A stretch of 64,000 bases of DNA. Source: a bacterium (GTDB lineage Bacteria; Patescibacteriota; Microgenomatia; Curtissbacterales; GWA2-41-24). The notes below the pieces were generated by a model. The model was not told the DNA's origin. It saw only the letters and a program-made list of their open reading frames with translations, and did no database searches. Shown one piece after another: positions 18,830 to 27,184 of this stretch. Numbering within the stretch: the stretch's first letter is position 1; each line of letters opens with the position of its first letter. Made by a program: the position numbers and the translations under genes. The DNA lies in assembly GCA_021813125.1 (NCBI GenBank), contig JAKALT010000003.1, positions 7,800 through 71,799 on the forward strand, written 5' to 3'.

Positions 18830-19518
18830 AGGAATTTGAAGGTGGTCAGGATTTGTAGTAATAGTTTTCTATCATCTATGCTAGGTAATTGTTTAGAATA
18901 GAGTTGAAAATCTGCACCGTTAGTACCATTCATTTGAGGAAATAATACCCAATGTCCGTCATTAAAAACTATTTCGTTTGATTTTACAGAATTACCATTA
19001 AATTCTACTTGTACTTCATTCCATGATTTATAACCACCGCTTCCTATAGTGTAAGTACTAGTTTTTGTTATTAATTCATGGGGACTTGTTCCAACAACTG
19101 TATTATATGTAAATTGTATATCTTGATAGTTATCCTTATTAATAATTTTTTGCATATCTATAATCTCATTTGGATTTCCTTCTGGTCGAACCTGTTTCCA
19201 GTCAACTGGCGCTTTCACCGAAAAATTTTTTGATATATACGTTTTCCAGTTTGCGGTTGTGTCGGAAATGGAAGTTTGCTGAGGTTGCCAGCCTGTACAA
19301 TCAGGACTGCTTTGAACAGTGTCAGGTTTTGTAAACATACAAATACAACCGCTACCAGTTTTCGTTTCGCACTCTGCTTGTGTCGGATAAGAAACTATAT
19401 TTTTGTTAGTAGTTTGAGGCTGAGTTTTTGGTTCGAGTTGCCAAACGGCAACTGCGGACAATGCTATGATTGCTATTACTAGAATAATTATTAAAATCGG
19501 TGCGAAACCTTTTTTCAT
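18826..19518 (-). CDS. Pilin-leader surface protein with 4-Cys mini-domain plus PsbP-like domain (array member)
   Basis: MKKG|FAPIL; ECETKTGSGCIC..DCTGW; TTANWKTY; QILTTFKFL. Confidence 0.82.
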   Translation of the reverse strand: MKKGFAPILIIILVIAIIALSAVAVWQLEPKTQPQTTNKNIVSYPTQAECETKTGSGCICMFTKPDTVQSSPDCTGWQPQQTSISDTTANWKTYISKNFSVKAPVDWKQVRPEGNPNEIIDMQKIINKDNYQDIQFTYNTVVGTSPHELITKTSTYTIGSGGYKSWNEVQVEFNGNSVKSNEIVFNDGHWVLFPQMNGTNGADFQLYSKQLPSIDDRKLLLQILTTFKFL

Positions 19519-19543
19519 AGGAATTTAACTGTACAGAGAATCA

Positions 19544-20557
19544 TTATTTTATAGCCTCATAGGTTGATAAAATCTCCAGCAAAATATTTCTATTAGTTTT
19601 AGTAGGAGGATTTGCCACAACATATGTATCCGCCTGAACTCCTTTAGGCCTGAATAAACCCCAAGACTCCTTTGTGTTGGTAACTAAATGACACGCTGGT
19701 ACATCGCCATCTTTCAACCGAATTTTTTCAAAGTCAACACTACAAGCACCTCCGAGACCAGATCCCCAGATAAAATCTATAGAACCTTCCTTACCGCTTA
19801 AAGTTGAATCCGGATTCCCCTGCCACTTGTCTAAATATTCAAGCTTCCAAGCGGGAGGGTATTTAATTTGAAATTTTGCTTCTTCATTTGTATACGTTTT
19901 CCAATTCGCCGTTTCGTCGGAAGTAAATTTAAATGTCGAGAGGATTTGGTTAAAAAGCGGATTTGGTAATTTGTTTGAATAATGATGAATAAAAAAGAGT
20001 TTGTCGCCTTTTGTAACAACAACATCCTCTTGCTGTGCCATAACGTTTTTATAAATTATCTCTAAGGCTTTATTGCCGTTAATTTCAGTATTTTTTATAG
20101 AACCAATTTTACCCTGCGAAAAATAATCAGGACATGCTTTTTTTACGTAATCTTCGGGTGAAATTTTTCCAACATTGTCCGCAACGCTTAAACTTACCCA
20201 CAAGTCTCCCAAAAATTCCGTTTCCGGTCCTAATTTTTTATAATCTGCGGGATAAATTTTTATATCTACAATACCTTTTGTATTTGCACAGAGCTGTTTC
20301 CCCTCAACACTATCCTTAAACTCCACCGGTTTTTCTTCGGGGTATTTTAGGGAAAAACCGTACTTAGAATTTGTATACGTTTTCCAATTTGCCGTCTCAT
20401 CCACTGAAGCCAAAGGGGAAGCTTGTGTTTCGGCTTTTTGGCTAACTGCCGGAGTTTTCTTGATGAATTTCTGGTATCCGAAAGTTGCGGCCGCACCAAA
20501 AACAAGTGCAATTATGGCAACAATAATAATTGCTGCAAACCCTCGGGCAGGTTTCAT
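19544..20557 (-). CDS. Pilin-leader surface protein, two PsbP-like domains (first array gene in transcription order)
   Basis: MKPARG|FAAII; ETANWKTYTN..KYP twice; TACGAT -10 box at 20566-20571. Confidence 0.82.
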   Translation of the reverse strand: MKPARGFAAIIIVAIIALVFGAAATFGYQKFIKKTPAVSQKAETQASPLASVDETANWKTYTNSKYGFSLKYPEEKPVEFKDSVEGKQLCANTKGIVDIKIYPADYKKLGPETEFLGDLWVSLSVADNVGKISPEDYVKKACPDYFSQGKIGSIKNTEINGNKALEIIYKNVMAQQEDVVVTKGDKLFFIHHYSNKLPNPLFNQILSTFKFTSDETANWKTYTNEEAKFQIKYPPAWKLEYLDKWQGNPDSTLSGKEGSIDFIWGSGLGGACSVDFEKIRLKDGDVPACHLVTNTKESWGLFRPKGVQADTYVVANPPTKTNRNILLEILSTYEAIK

Positions 20558-20630
20558 CTAACTTAATCGTAGCTCTCAAACGGCCAATTATTCAATTGCC
20601 AAAGTCCAAAACGGCTGTTAACATCAGTAC

Positions 20631-22619
20631 GTGACTGGTTCACTTGAAAACTATTTGAAAAAAGGTATTGATTTCTGCCTTTTAGCTCTTGCCGTTGCAA
20701 CCCCTTTTATTTTTACAACCCAAACAACGGAACTATTTGAAGTTCCTAAAATGTTTTTCGTTTATTTGGTTTCAACATTGCTCTTCTTCCTGCTGGTTTC
20801 CAAATCTTTAATAGAAAGAAAAATTACATTTCCAATTGGCCCGGCAACAATTGCCTTTGGTATTTTTCTTCTGACCCAAATTGCCTCGACCATAACATCG
20901 CAAGACAAGTATCTTTCAATCTTTGGCTACCCTACGCGCCTAAACGGCGGGCTGCTTTCGCTAATTTCCTATTTTGTGATCTTTATTGCGGCAATTACCC
21001 AACTTGATAAAATTCGCGCAAACCGAATTCTTTTGGCTCTGGTAATTTCCGCAACGGCCGTGTCGCTATGGGGCATCCCTGCCCATTTCGGTTTCGACCC
21101 TTCTTGTTACGTTTTAACGGGAAACCTCAATTCCGGCTGCTGGACTGCAGACTTCAATCCGATGCTTAGGATTTTCTCTACCTTAGGCCAACCGAATTGG
21201 CTTGCGTCTTACTTGGTCTTGGCCTTACCGATCTCGCTCACCCACTTTCTACTTTTTAAATCCAGTAAGGCAAAACTTTTCTTTGGGGCTGCCGCGGCAT
21301 TAATTTTTATGGCATTAGTTTTAACAACTTCGCGGGCCGGAATTCTTGGCGCAGTAATCTCCATTGCGATTTTTGCTGCCTTTCTTGGCGGAAAACTGCT
21401 GAAGGAAAATCTGAAAATCGTAGCTGGAATTCTGGCAGTATTTGTTGTCATTTGGCTGGCATTCGGAACAGCCTTAACTTCCAGAATTGCAGAAGCCCTA
21501 ACGGCCAACAAATCCAAAATCAGCTCGCCGCTTGCAAATACCCTAACAAAACCAAGCCAGTCTGCGCTAACTACCGGCGGAACCGAATCCAGCCAAATCC
21601 GCTTTATCGTCTGGCAGGGTGCTTTAAAAGTTTTCCAAAGGTGGCCGATTTTGGGAAGCGGCCCGGAAACTTTCGTTAACAGCTATTACCTTTTCCGCCC
21701 GGCCACCCACAACCAAACCACCGAATGGAAATTCTTCTACAACAAAGCCCACAACGAATTCCTAAACTATCTTGCAACAACCGGGGTCGTTGGTCTTCTC
21801 GGATATTTAGGGCTGCTTCTGGCAATATTCTGGCAGCTTGCCAAAAAAGCGGCAGGAGAAAAATCAACGCTTGCGGCTTTAGCCGGATACCAGGTAACTA
21901 TCTTTTTCGGTTTCTCGACAGTTGCCACTCAAACTGTTTTTTTCTTGGCAGCCGCATCCGCACTCGCCGCAACCGGGGTTGAAAAAACTAAAACGCAAAG
22001 TCTAAAACTTGAAAAAATTCCATTGTATACTGCTGTCTCTTTAACGGCTGTTTTTTCACTATACCTTTTAACATTCATCTTAAGGTTGGCACTTGCCGAC
22101 ACCATCCAAAAACGTGCCGAAAGTTACCAGGAAACCGCACCAAGCCGAGCTCTTATAATATTCGACAACGCCCAAACCGCCTCACCTGCCGATAATCCTT
22201 ATTTGTCATCAGCTTTTGCCTACGCCCTGGCTGCATATGCAACGGACGTGAAGGATGAAAATTCCGCCCAAAAATTGGTAAACCGCGCAGATGCTCTTGC
22301 CCGCGCAACACAAAAAATAGCTCCCAACAATTTCCTGACAACATTAGACATTGCCAAAACCTACCTGCTTCTTTCCCAAAAAAATGAAAAATTCCAAGGC
22401 CAGGCCGAACATTTTGCCCAAAAGCTTCCGCAAATGGCTCCAACTTACCCTGTTTCTTACCTGCAACTTGCAAAAACACAAATAGCCCTAGACAAAAAAG
22501 CTGATGCTCAAAAGTCACTCCAAACCGCACTCGAGCTAAGGCCGGATTACGCAGAAGCCAAAGAGCTACTTGATCAGCTAAATAGTCACCAGCAACCAGA
22601 GACCAGCAACCAGAAATAA
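20631..22619 (+). CDS. O-antigen ligase/PglL-like (Wzy_C) membrane protein with C-terminal TPR
   Basis: Multiple TMs; RIFSTLGQPNWLASYL, LTTSRAG, R..VW..A..PILGSGPETF, KAHNEFL; TPR-like ALELRPDYAEA. Confidence 0.85.
   Translation: MTGSLENYLKKGIDFCLLALAVATPFIFTTQTTELFEVPKMFFVYLVSTLLFFLLVSKSLIERKITFPIGPATIAFGIFLLTQIASTITSQDKYLSIFGYPTRLNGGLLSLISYFVIFIAAITQLDKIRANRILLALVISATAVSLWGIPAHFGFDPSCYVLTGNLNSGCWTADFNPMLRIFSTLGQPNWLASYLVLALPISLTHFLLFKSSKAKLFFGAAAALIFMALVLTTSRAGILGAVISIAIFAAFLGGKLLKENLKIVAGILAVFVVIWLAFGTALTSRIAEALTANKSKISSPLANTLTKPSQSALTTGGTESSQIRFIVWQGALKVFQRWPILGSGPETFVNSYYLFRPATHNQTTEWKFFYNKAHNEFLNYLATTGVVGLLGYLGLLLAIFWQLAKKAAGEKSTLAALAGYQVTIFFGFSTVATQTVFFLAAASALAATGVEKTKTQSLKLEKIPLYTAVSLTAVFSLYLLTFILRLALADTIQKRAESYQETAPSRALIIFDNAQTASPADNPYLSSAFAYALAAYATDVKDENSAQKLVNRADALARATQKIAPNNFLTTLDIAKTYLLLSQKNEKFQGQAEHFAQKLPQMAPTYPVSYLQLAKTQIALDKKADAQKSLQTALELRPDYAEAKELLDQLNSHQQPETSNQK
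22588..22615. repeat. 7-bp array, left arm flanking the four-helix-bundle gene
   Basis: accagca accagag accagca accagaa. Confidence 0.85.
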
Positions 22620-22982
22620 ATGGACAAAGCGAATAAAGGATATCGAAATTTAATTGCCTGGCAGTTTGCAAATAAACTGGCACACGAAATTTATGATGCG
22701 ACAGCAGATTTTCCAAAACAAGAAGTGTTCAGTTTAACAAGCCAAATGAAAAGAGCAGCAGTGTCAGTTCCGGCAAACATTGCAGAAGGTTACATGAGAA
22801 AAAGTCAAAAAGAAAAAAGGCGTTTTTATAACATATCTCTCGGATCGCTAACTGAACTTGAGTACTATATAGACTTTGCTTTTGAAAGAAGTTATTATAA
22901 AAATACAATTTATAACAAATTGTCTGCCCTTCAAACTGAAACCGCCAAGATTCTTACAGGTTTAACAAAATCTCTAAAATAA
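22620..22982 (+). CDS. Four helix bundle protein (23S rRNA IVS protein/Avd-like family)
   Basis: YRNLIAWQ, FPKQEVFSLTSQMKRAAVSVPANIAEG, GSLTELE. Confidence 0.93.
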   Translation: MDKANKGYRNLIAWQFANKLAHEIYDATADFPKQEVFSLTSQMKRAAVSVPANIAEGYMRKSQKEKRRFYNISLGSLTELEYYIDFAFERSYYKNTIYNKLSALQTETAKILTGLTKSLK

Positions 22983-22983
22983 C

Positions 22984-23011
22984 CTGCTAACTGGTCTCTG
23001 GCAACTGGAAA
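22984..23011. repeat. 7-bp array, right (inverted) arm flanking the four-helix-bundle gene
   Basis: ctgctaa ctggtct ctggcaa ctggaaa; ctggtctctgg is the exact reverse complement of ccagagaccag in the left arm. Confidence 0.85.
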
Positions 23012-23013
23012 CT

Positions 23014-24333
23014 ATGACACTAACAAAAACCGATCCCCAAATCGCCAAGCTTATTCTTGCCGAAGAAAAGCGCCAAAAAGAAGTATTGGAAATGATCCCT
23101 TCCGAAAATTACGCGTCTGCTGCAGTTAGGTCGGCACTCGGAACGGTCCTCAACAACAAATACTCCGAGGGCTATCCCAAAAAAAGGTATTACCAGGGCA
23201 ATAAAATTGTAGACGAAGTTGAATTGCTGGCAATCGAACGAGCCAAAAAACTTTTCGGTGTTCCCTATGTTAATGTCCAGGCGCTTTCAGGATCACCTGC
23301 CAACTTGGCGGTTTATGTTGCCCTCCTGGAACCGCAAAAGGATAAAATCATGGGTCTTTCTTTGGCTTTTGGCGGACATTTAACCCATGGCCAGCCGCAA
23401 TCCGTCACCGGAAAGTTTTTCAAATCGGTCCTTTATGAACTAGGAAAAGACGGCAGATTGGATTTTGCAGCAATCGAAAAACAGGCATTAAAAGAAAAAC
23501 CCAAAATTATAGTCTGCGGCTTTACCGCATATCCGAGAATTATCGACTTTAAAAAGTTTGCGGCTATCGCCGATAAAGTAGGTGCCTACCTGCTTGCCGA
23601 CATTTCCCACATCGCCGGCCTTGTTGTTGCCGGTGTTCACCCGTCTCCCGCTCCGTATGCTCACATCATTACCACCACAACCCACAAAACTTTGCGAGGG
23701 CCGCGCGGGGCTTTAATTATGGTAACCGCAAAAGGTTTGAAAAAAGACGCGGACTTGGGCAAAAAAATCGACAGTGCCATTATCCCCGGAATTCAGGGAG
23801 GCCCGCACGACGACCAAACCGCCGCAATTGCCGTTGCACTGAAAGAAGCGGCAACTCCTGCTTTCAAAAAATATTCCGCTCAGATTGTTAAAAACACTAA
23901 AACGCTGGCCACAGAATTGACAAAATTCGGCTTCAACCTTGTTTCCGGCGGCTCGGACAATCACTTGATATTAATTGATTTAAAAAACAAAGGTGTAAAC
24001 GGTGCAATCGCAGCCTATGCGCTGGAAGTTGCCAATATTGTCGTCAACAAAAACGGGGTTCCTTTTGATACTATGCCCCCATTCTATCCATCCGGCATCC
24101 GTCTTGGAACTCCGGCCATTACCACCCGCGGAATGAAAGAAGCCGAAATGAAAAAAATCGCCGCCTGGATGAGGCGGGTTATAGAAGAAGTCAAAAATGA
24201 AAAACTTCCACAAGATAAAGAAAAACGCTCGAATTTTCTGAAAAACTTCCGCGACCGCGCCAACAAAAACAAAAATCTCCTGCAAATCGCAAAAGAGGTT
24301 AAAACCTTGACCGGCAAATTCCTAATACCATGA
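23014..24333 (+). CDS. glyA: Serine hydroxymethyltransferase
   Basis: MIPSENY, NKYSEGYP, GGHLTHG, TTTTHKTLRGPRG, SGIRLGTPAITTRG. Confidence 0.98.
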   Translation: MTLTKTDPQIAKLILAEEKRQKEVLEMIPSENYASAAVRSALGTVLNNKYSEGYPKKRYYQGNKIVDEVELLAIERAKKLFGVPYVNVQALSGSPANLAVYVALLEPQKDKIMGLSLAFGGHLTHGQPQSVTGKFFKSVLYELGKDGRLDFAAIEKQALKEKPKIIVCGFTAYPRIIDFKKFAAIADKVGAYLLADISHIAGLVVAGVHPSPAPYAHIITTTTHKTLRGPRGALIMVTAKGLKKDADLGKKIDSAIIPGIQGGPHDDQTAAIAVALKEAATPAFKKYSAQIVKNTKTLATELTKFGFNLVSGGSDNHLILIDLKNKGVNGAIAAYALEVANIVVNKNGVPFDTMPPFYPSGIRLGTPAITTRGMKEAEMKKIAAWMRRVIEEVKNEKLPQDKEKRSNFLKNFRDRANKNKNLLQIAKEVKTLTGKFLIP

Positions 24334-24644
24334 CCCGAGAAAGACTAGGACCAGAAGTCCAACCCCAACAAGCGCAAAATGAAGCAATAAGGCTTAGGAG
24401 ACAAGCCCAAAATTGGTATAGAATAGCCACTTTATTCTTGGTTCTAGGGATCACGACTACAATGGGTGGACTAATTATGGGAAGCGAAGGTAGAAAAGAC
24501 AAAGCATCTGAAATAGTAACAACAACCGGCCTCTCACTCCTGGTAGGAGGCGCGGCAACAACTAGAATAGCTGTAAACCTGGACACGCGGGCCAAATCTA
24601 AAGAAAACACCCAAAAAGCTATAAACAAAATTAATTCTGTGTAA
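24330..24644 (+). CDS. Small 2-TM hypothetical protein
   Basis: ATGA overlap with glyA; two Gly/Thr-rich hydrophobic segments. Confidence 0.65.
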   Translation: MTRERLGPEVQPQQAQNEAIRLRRQAQNWYRIATLFLVLGITTTMGGLIMGSEGRKDKASEIVTTTGLSLLVGGAATTRIAVNLDTRAKSKENTQKAINKINSV

Positions 24645-24677
24645 ACAAACCGATTTCCGATCCCGCAAAATCCAGCC

Positions 24678-24908
24678 ATGGCCGAACGATACATTCCAAG
24701 AAAAGCAAGGATTCTAGGAGAAGTAACAATGGTAGTTGCCGGAATCGCAACAGCCACAGCCGGCGGTTTTATTGTTCATCAAAATGCCGAGAAGAACGAC
24801 AATAAAGCAGTAGCCGGAAGCATAGTCATGCTTGCGGGTGGTACAGCGACAATGCTCGCCGGCGGAATGCTAACAAGAGAGGATCAAAATTCAAAACCAC
24901 AAGAATAA
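24678..24908 (+). CDS. Small 2-TM Gly/Ala-rich hypothetical protein
   Basis: 76 aa with two glycine-rich helices, same layout as the upstream ORF. Confidence 0.6.
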   Translation: MAERYIPRKARILGEVTMVVAGIATATAGGFIVHQNAEKNDNKAVAGSIVMLAGGTATMLAGGMLTREDQNSKPQE

Positions 24909-24983
24909 CTTTTGAAACTTAAAAAGTATCTATAAAAAGAGAGTCCTTGACCAGCAGGTTCCCAATACCTTAAAATTCCCTCC

Positions 24984-25499
24984 GTGAGTGAACGTCGATT
25001 ACATATTCTCAGGGCAGGCACTCTTATAGCAACACCACTTGCAGTAGTTGGGTCGGTAGCTTTTGCCCACGGCAAGAACGTAGAAAATTCCGGTTTCAAG
25101 AACAGACAAACCCAGAAGGACGCTATTTCCAGACAAGTCGACGAACTTTTCCCGTCTTATGACCAAACCGCAGTTGAAAATTCATCACTACTTATTACCC
25201 ATATCCAGCACGAACTAGCCACTTTAATTGCGGAAGGAAAAATTGACGACGCGAAAAACACTTTAAATGATAACCGTGAGGGCATTAAACAACTAGGTCT
25301 AATTCAAGAAAACGAAGGTTTAAAAAACAGCATCAAATCGGAAATCATCGATAAAAAAGATCTCACAGAGCGCGGTAAAGGTAGTTGGTATACCCTTGCA
25401 GGTGCCAGTGCCATTGTTGCTGGAGCCATGTCTTTCCTTTCCGGAGCAGTAGGAGAAGCCAGCTACGTACTCACGCGAAGGAAACAAAAATCAGCCTAA
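24984..25499 (+). CDS. Hypothetical 2-TM protein with central helical loop
   Basis: 171 aa; TAAAAT 7 nt before GTG. Confidence 0.7.
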   Translation: MSERRLHILRAGTLIATPLAVVGSVAFAHGKNVENSGFKNRQTQKDAISRQVDELFPSYDQTAVENSSLLITHIQHELATLIAEGKIDDAKNTLNDNREGIKQLGLIQENEGLKNSIKSEIIDKKDLTERGKGSWYTLAGASAIVAGAMSFLSGAVGEASYVLTRRKQKSA

Positions 25500-25503
25500 A
25501 GCA

Positions 25504-25531
25504 CTGGTAACTGGTCACTGGAAACTATAAA
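25504..25531. repeat. 7-bp array upstream of folD
   Basis: ctggtaa ctggtca ctggaaa ctataaa; near copy of 22984-23013 upstream of glyA. Confidence 0.8.
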
Positions 25532-25539
25532 CTATCCTC

Positions 25540-26469
25540 ATGGCACAAATCTTAGATGGTCGCGCAGTTCGCGATGCAATACTGGAAGATCTTAAAAGCC
25601 AGATCACAAAACTCGAAACCAAACCAAAACTGGTAATCATCCAAGTCGGCGATAACCCCGAAAGTAATACTTACATCGGTCAAAAAATAAAATTCGGCGA
25701 AAAAATCGGTGCAATTGCCGAACTTAAAAAATTTCCTGTAGATATCAGTCAAAAAGATCTAGAATCTATCATCTATCATCTAAACTCTGACCCGACTGTC
25801 CACGGCATCATTATCCAGCTTCCTATTTCCGATCATCTGGACAAAGACGCATTGATAGAACTTATCGACCCCAAAAAAGATGTGGATGGCCTTACGTCTG
25901 CCAACCAAAAACTTTTGGAAGAAAATAGCCCCGATGCTTTAGTTCCGGCAACAGCCAAAGGCGTAATCACAATTTTAGATTTTTATAAAATCCAGATTAA
26001 GGGAAAAAAAGCAGCAGTCGTCGGCCGATCCAAACTTGTGGGCGCACCAGTTGCCAGCCTTTTGAGAAATCTGGGAGCCGAAGTTACCGTCGGCCACAGC
26101 CAAACACCGGATTTAACCGCCGTCACAAAACCTGCAGACATTATTGTAGTAGCCGTCGGCAAACCGAATTTAATCGGCAAAGAGCATGTTTCACCGGGAC
26201 AAACAATAATCGACGTCGGGATAAATGTAGTTGACCAGTTACCAGAGACCAGAGACCAGACAGAAGGTCAGGAATCAGAAAAGGTCAGGCCTTGGAAAAC
26301 TGAAAGGCCTGACCTTAAGAGTACGCGCAAGCTCGTTGGCGACGTAAACTTTGCGGAAGTCGAACCAATTGTCGCCGCAATCACCCCCGTCCCCGGCGGC
26401 GTCGGCCCCATGACCGTTGCATCTTTATTTGAAAACTTCCTCGAAGCCTACAAACAACAAAATGCTTGA
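25540..26469 (+). CDS. folD: Methylenetetrahydrofolate dehydrogenase/cyclohydrolase
   Basis: HGIIIQLP, KDVDGL, VGRSKLVGAP, IDVGIN, LVGDV, TPVPGGVGPMTVA; long insert between IDVGIN and KLVGDV. Confidence 0.97.
   Translation: MAQILDGRAVRDAILEDLKSQITKLETKPKLVIIQVGDNPESNTYIGQKIKFGEKIGAIAELKKFPVDISQKDLESIIYHLNSDPTVHGIIIQLPISDHLDKDALIELIDPKKDVDGLTSANQKLLEENSPDALVPATAKGVITILDFYKIQIKGKKAAVVGRSKLVGAPVASLLRNLGAEVTVGHSQTPDLTAVTKPADIIVVAVGKPNLIGKEHVSPGQTIIDVGINVVDQLPETRDQTEGQESEKVRPWKTERPDLKSTRKLVGDVNFAEVEPIVAAITPVPGGVGPMTVASLFENFLEAYKQQNA
26234..26316. repeat. 7-bp array plus REP-like hairpin in frame inside folD
   Basis: accagtt accagag accagag accagac (26234-26261); aaggtcaggcctt-10nt-aaggcctgacctt (26281-26316). 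Confidence 0.85.
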
Positions 26470-27055
26470 CGAAAAATTTATAATTCTTGCTGCTACAATA
26501 AATTTTTTTGGAGCCATTGGCTATTTAATAAGTACACTCAAAGGAAAAACGAAACCAAACCGGGTAACTTGGTTGCTTTGGTCAATTGCTCCCATGCTTG
26601 CTTTTAGTGCTCAACTTAAACAACATGTCGGCTTGATATCCTTAACAACATTCATAGCTGGATTTAACCCTATGATGATTTTGCTTGCGTCTTTTATTAA
26701 TAAAAAATCCGAGTGGAAAATCGGCAAACTCGATATTATTTGCGGCACATTATCGCTACTTGGCTTAATTTTGTGGCAAGTTACAAAAATCCCCAATCTT
26801 GCAATAGCTTTTGCAATAATGGCAGACGGTCTTGCGGCAACCCCCAAAATAGTAAAATCATATACAAATCCTGAAACTGAAAATGCAATCGCATATTTTA
26901 CAGCCGGAATCAGTAGCATAATTGCAATCCTGACGATAAAAACTTGGCGCTTCGAAAACTTTGGTTTCCCTTTTTATCTTTTTTCGGTAACTTTTATTTT
27001 GTACGTTTTAATCCAATTCAAATTAGGCAAAAAATTTAAGAAAATCCTCGGCTGA
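26462..27055 (+). CDS. Multi-pass membrane protein of unknown function
   Basis: Start MLDEKF; about 7 TMs; KTKPNRVTWLLW, ADGLAATPKIVKSY..PETE. Confidence 0.8.
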   Translation: MLDEKFIILAATINFFGAIGYLISTLKGKTKPNRVTWLLWSIAPMLAFSAQLKQHVGLISLTTFIAGFNPMMILLASFINKKSEWKIGKLDIICGTLSLLGLILWQVTKIPNLAIAFAIMADGLAATPKIVKSYTNPETENAIAYFTAGISSIIAILTIKTWRFENFGFPFYLFSVTFILYVLIQFKLGKKFKKILG

Positions 27056-27184
27056 TATTTATTGTTAAAAACCTCCTCGAAGCCTACGCAAAATAACATT
27101 AGTCTAATAATCTAGATTACTAGACTTCAAGACTAATCTGGTTTCCTTGACCATTAGCCTGTTGCGATTTAATATTAACGGCAA

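Noticed and set aside
6949-20557. Integron, CRISPR or shufflon interpretation of the array
   Set aside because: No integrase, invertase or cas gene; no attC-like palindromes between genes; repeats are coding, all in one orientation and vary at synonymous positions
6949-22982. Diversity-generating retroelement (Avd-like gene near variable genes)
   Set aside because: No reverse transcriptase in the window and no TR/VR pair with adenine-specific mismatches; the 9418/14255 pair differs at mixed bases
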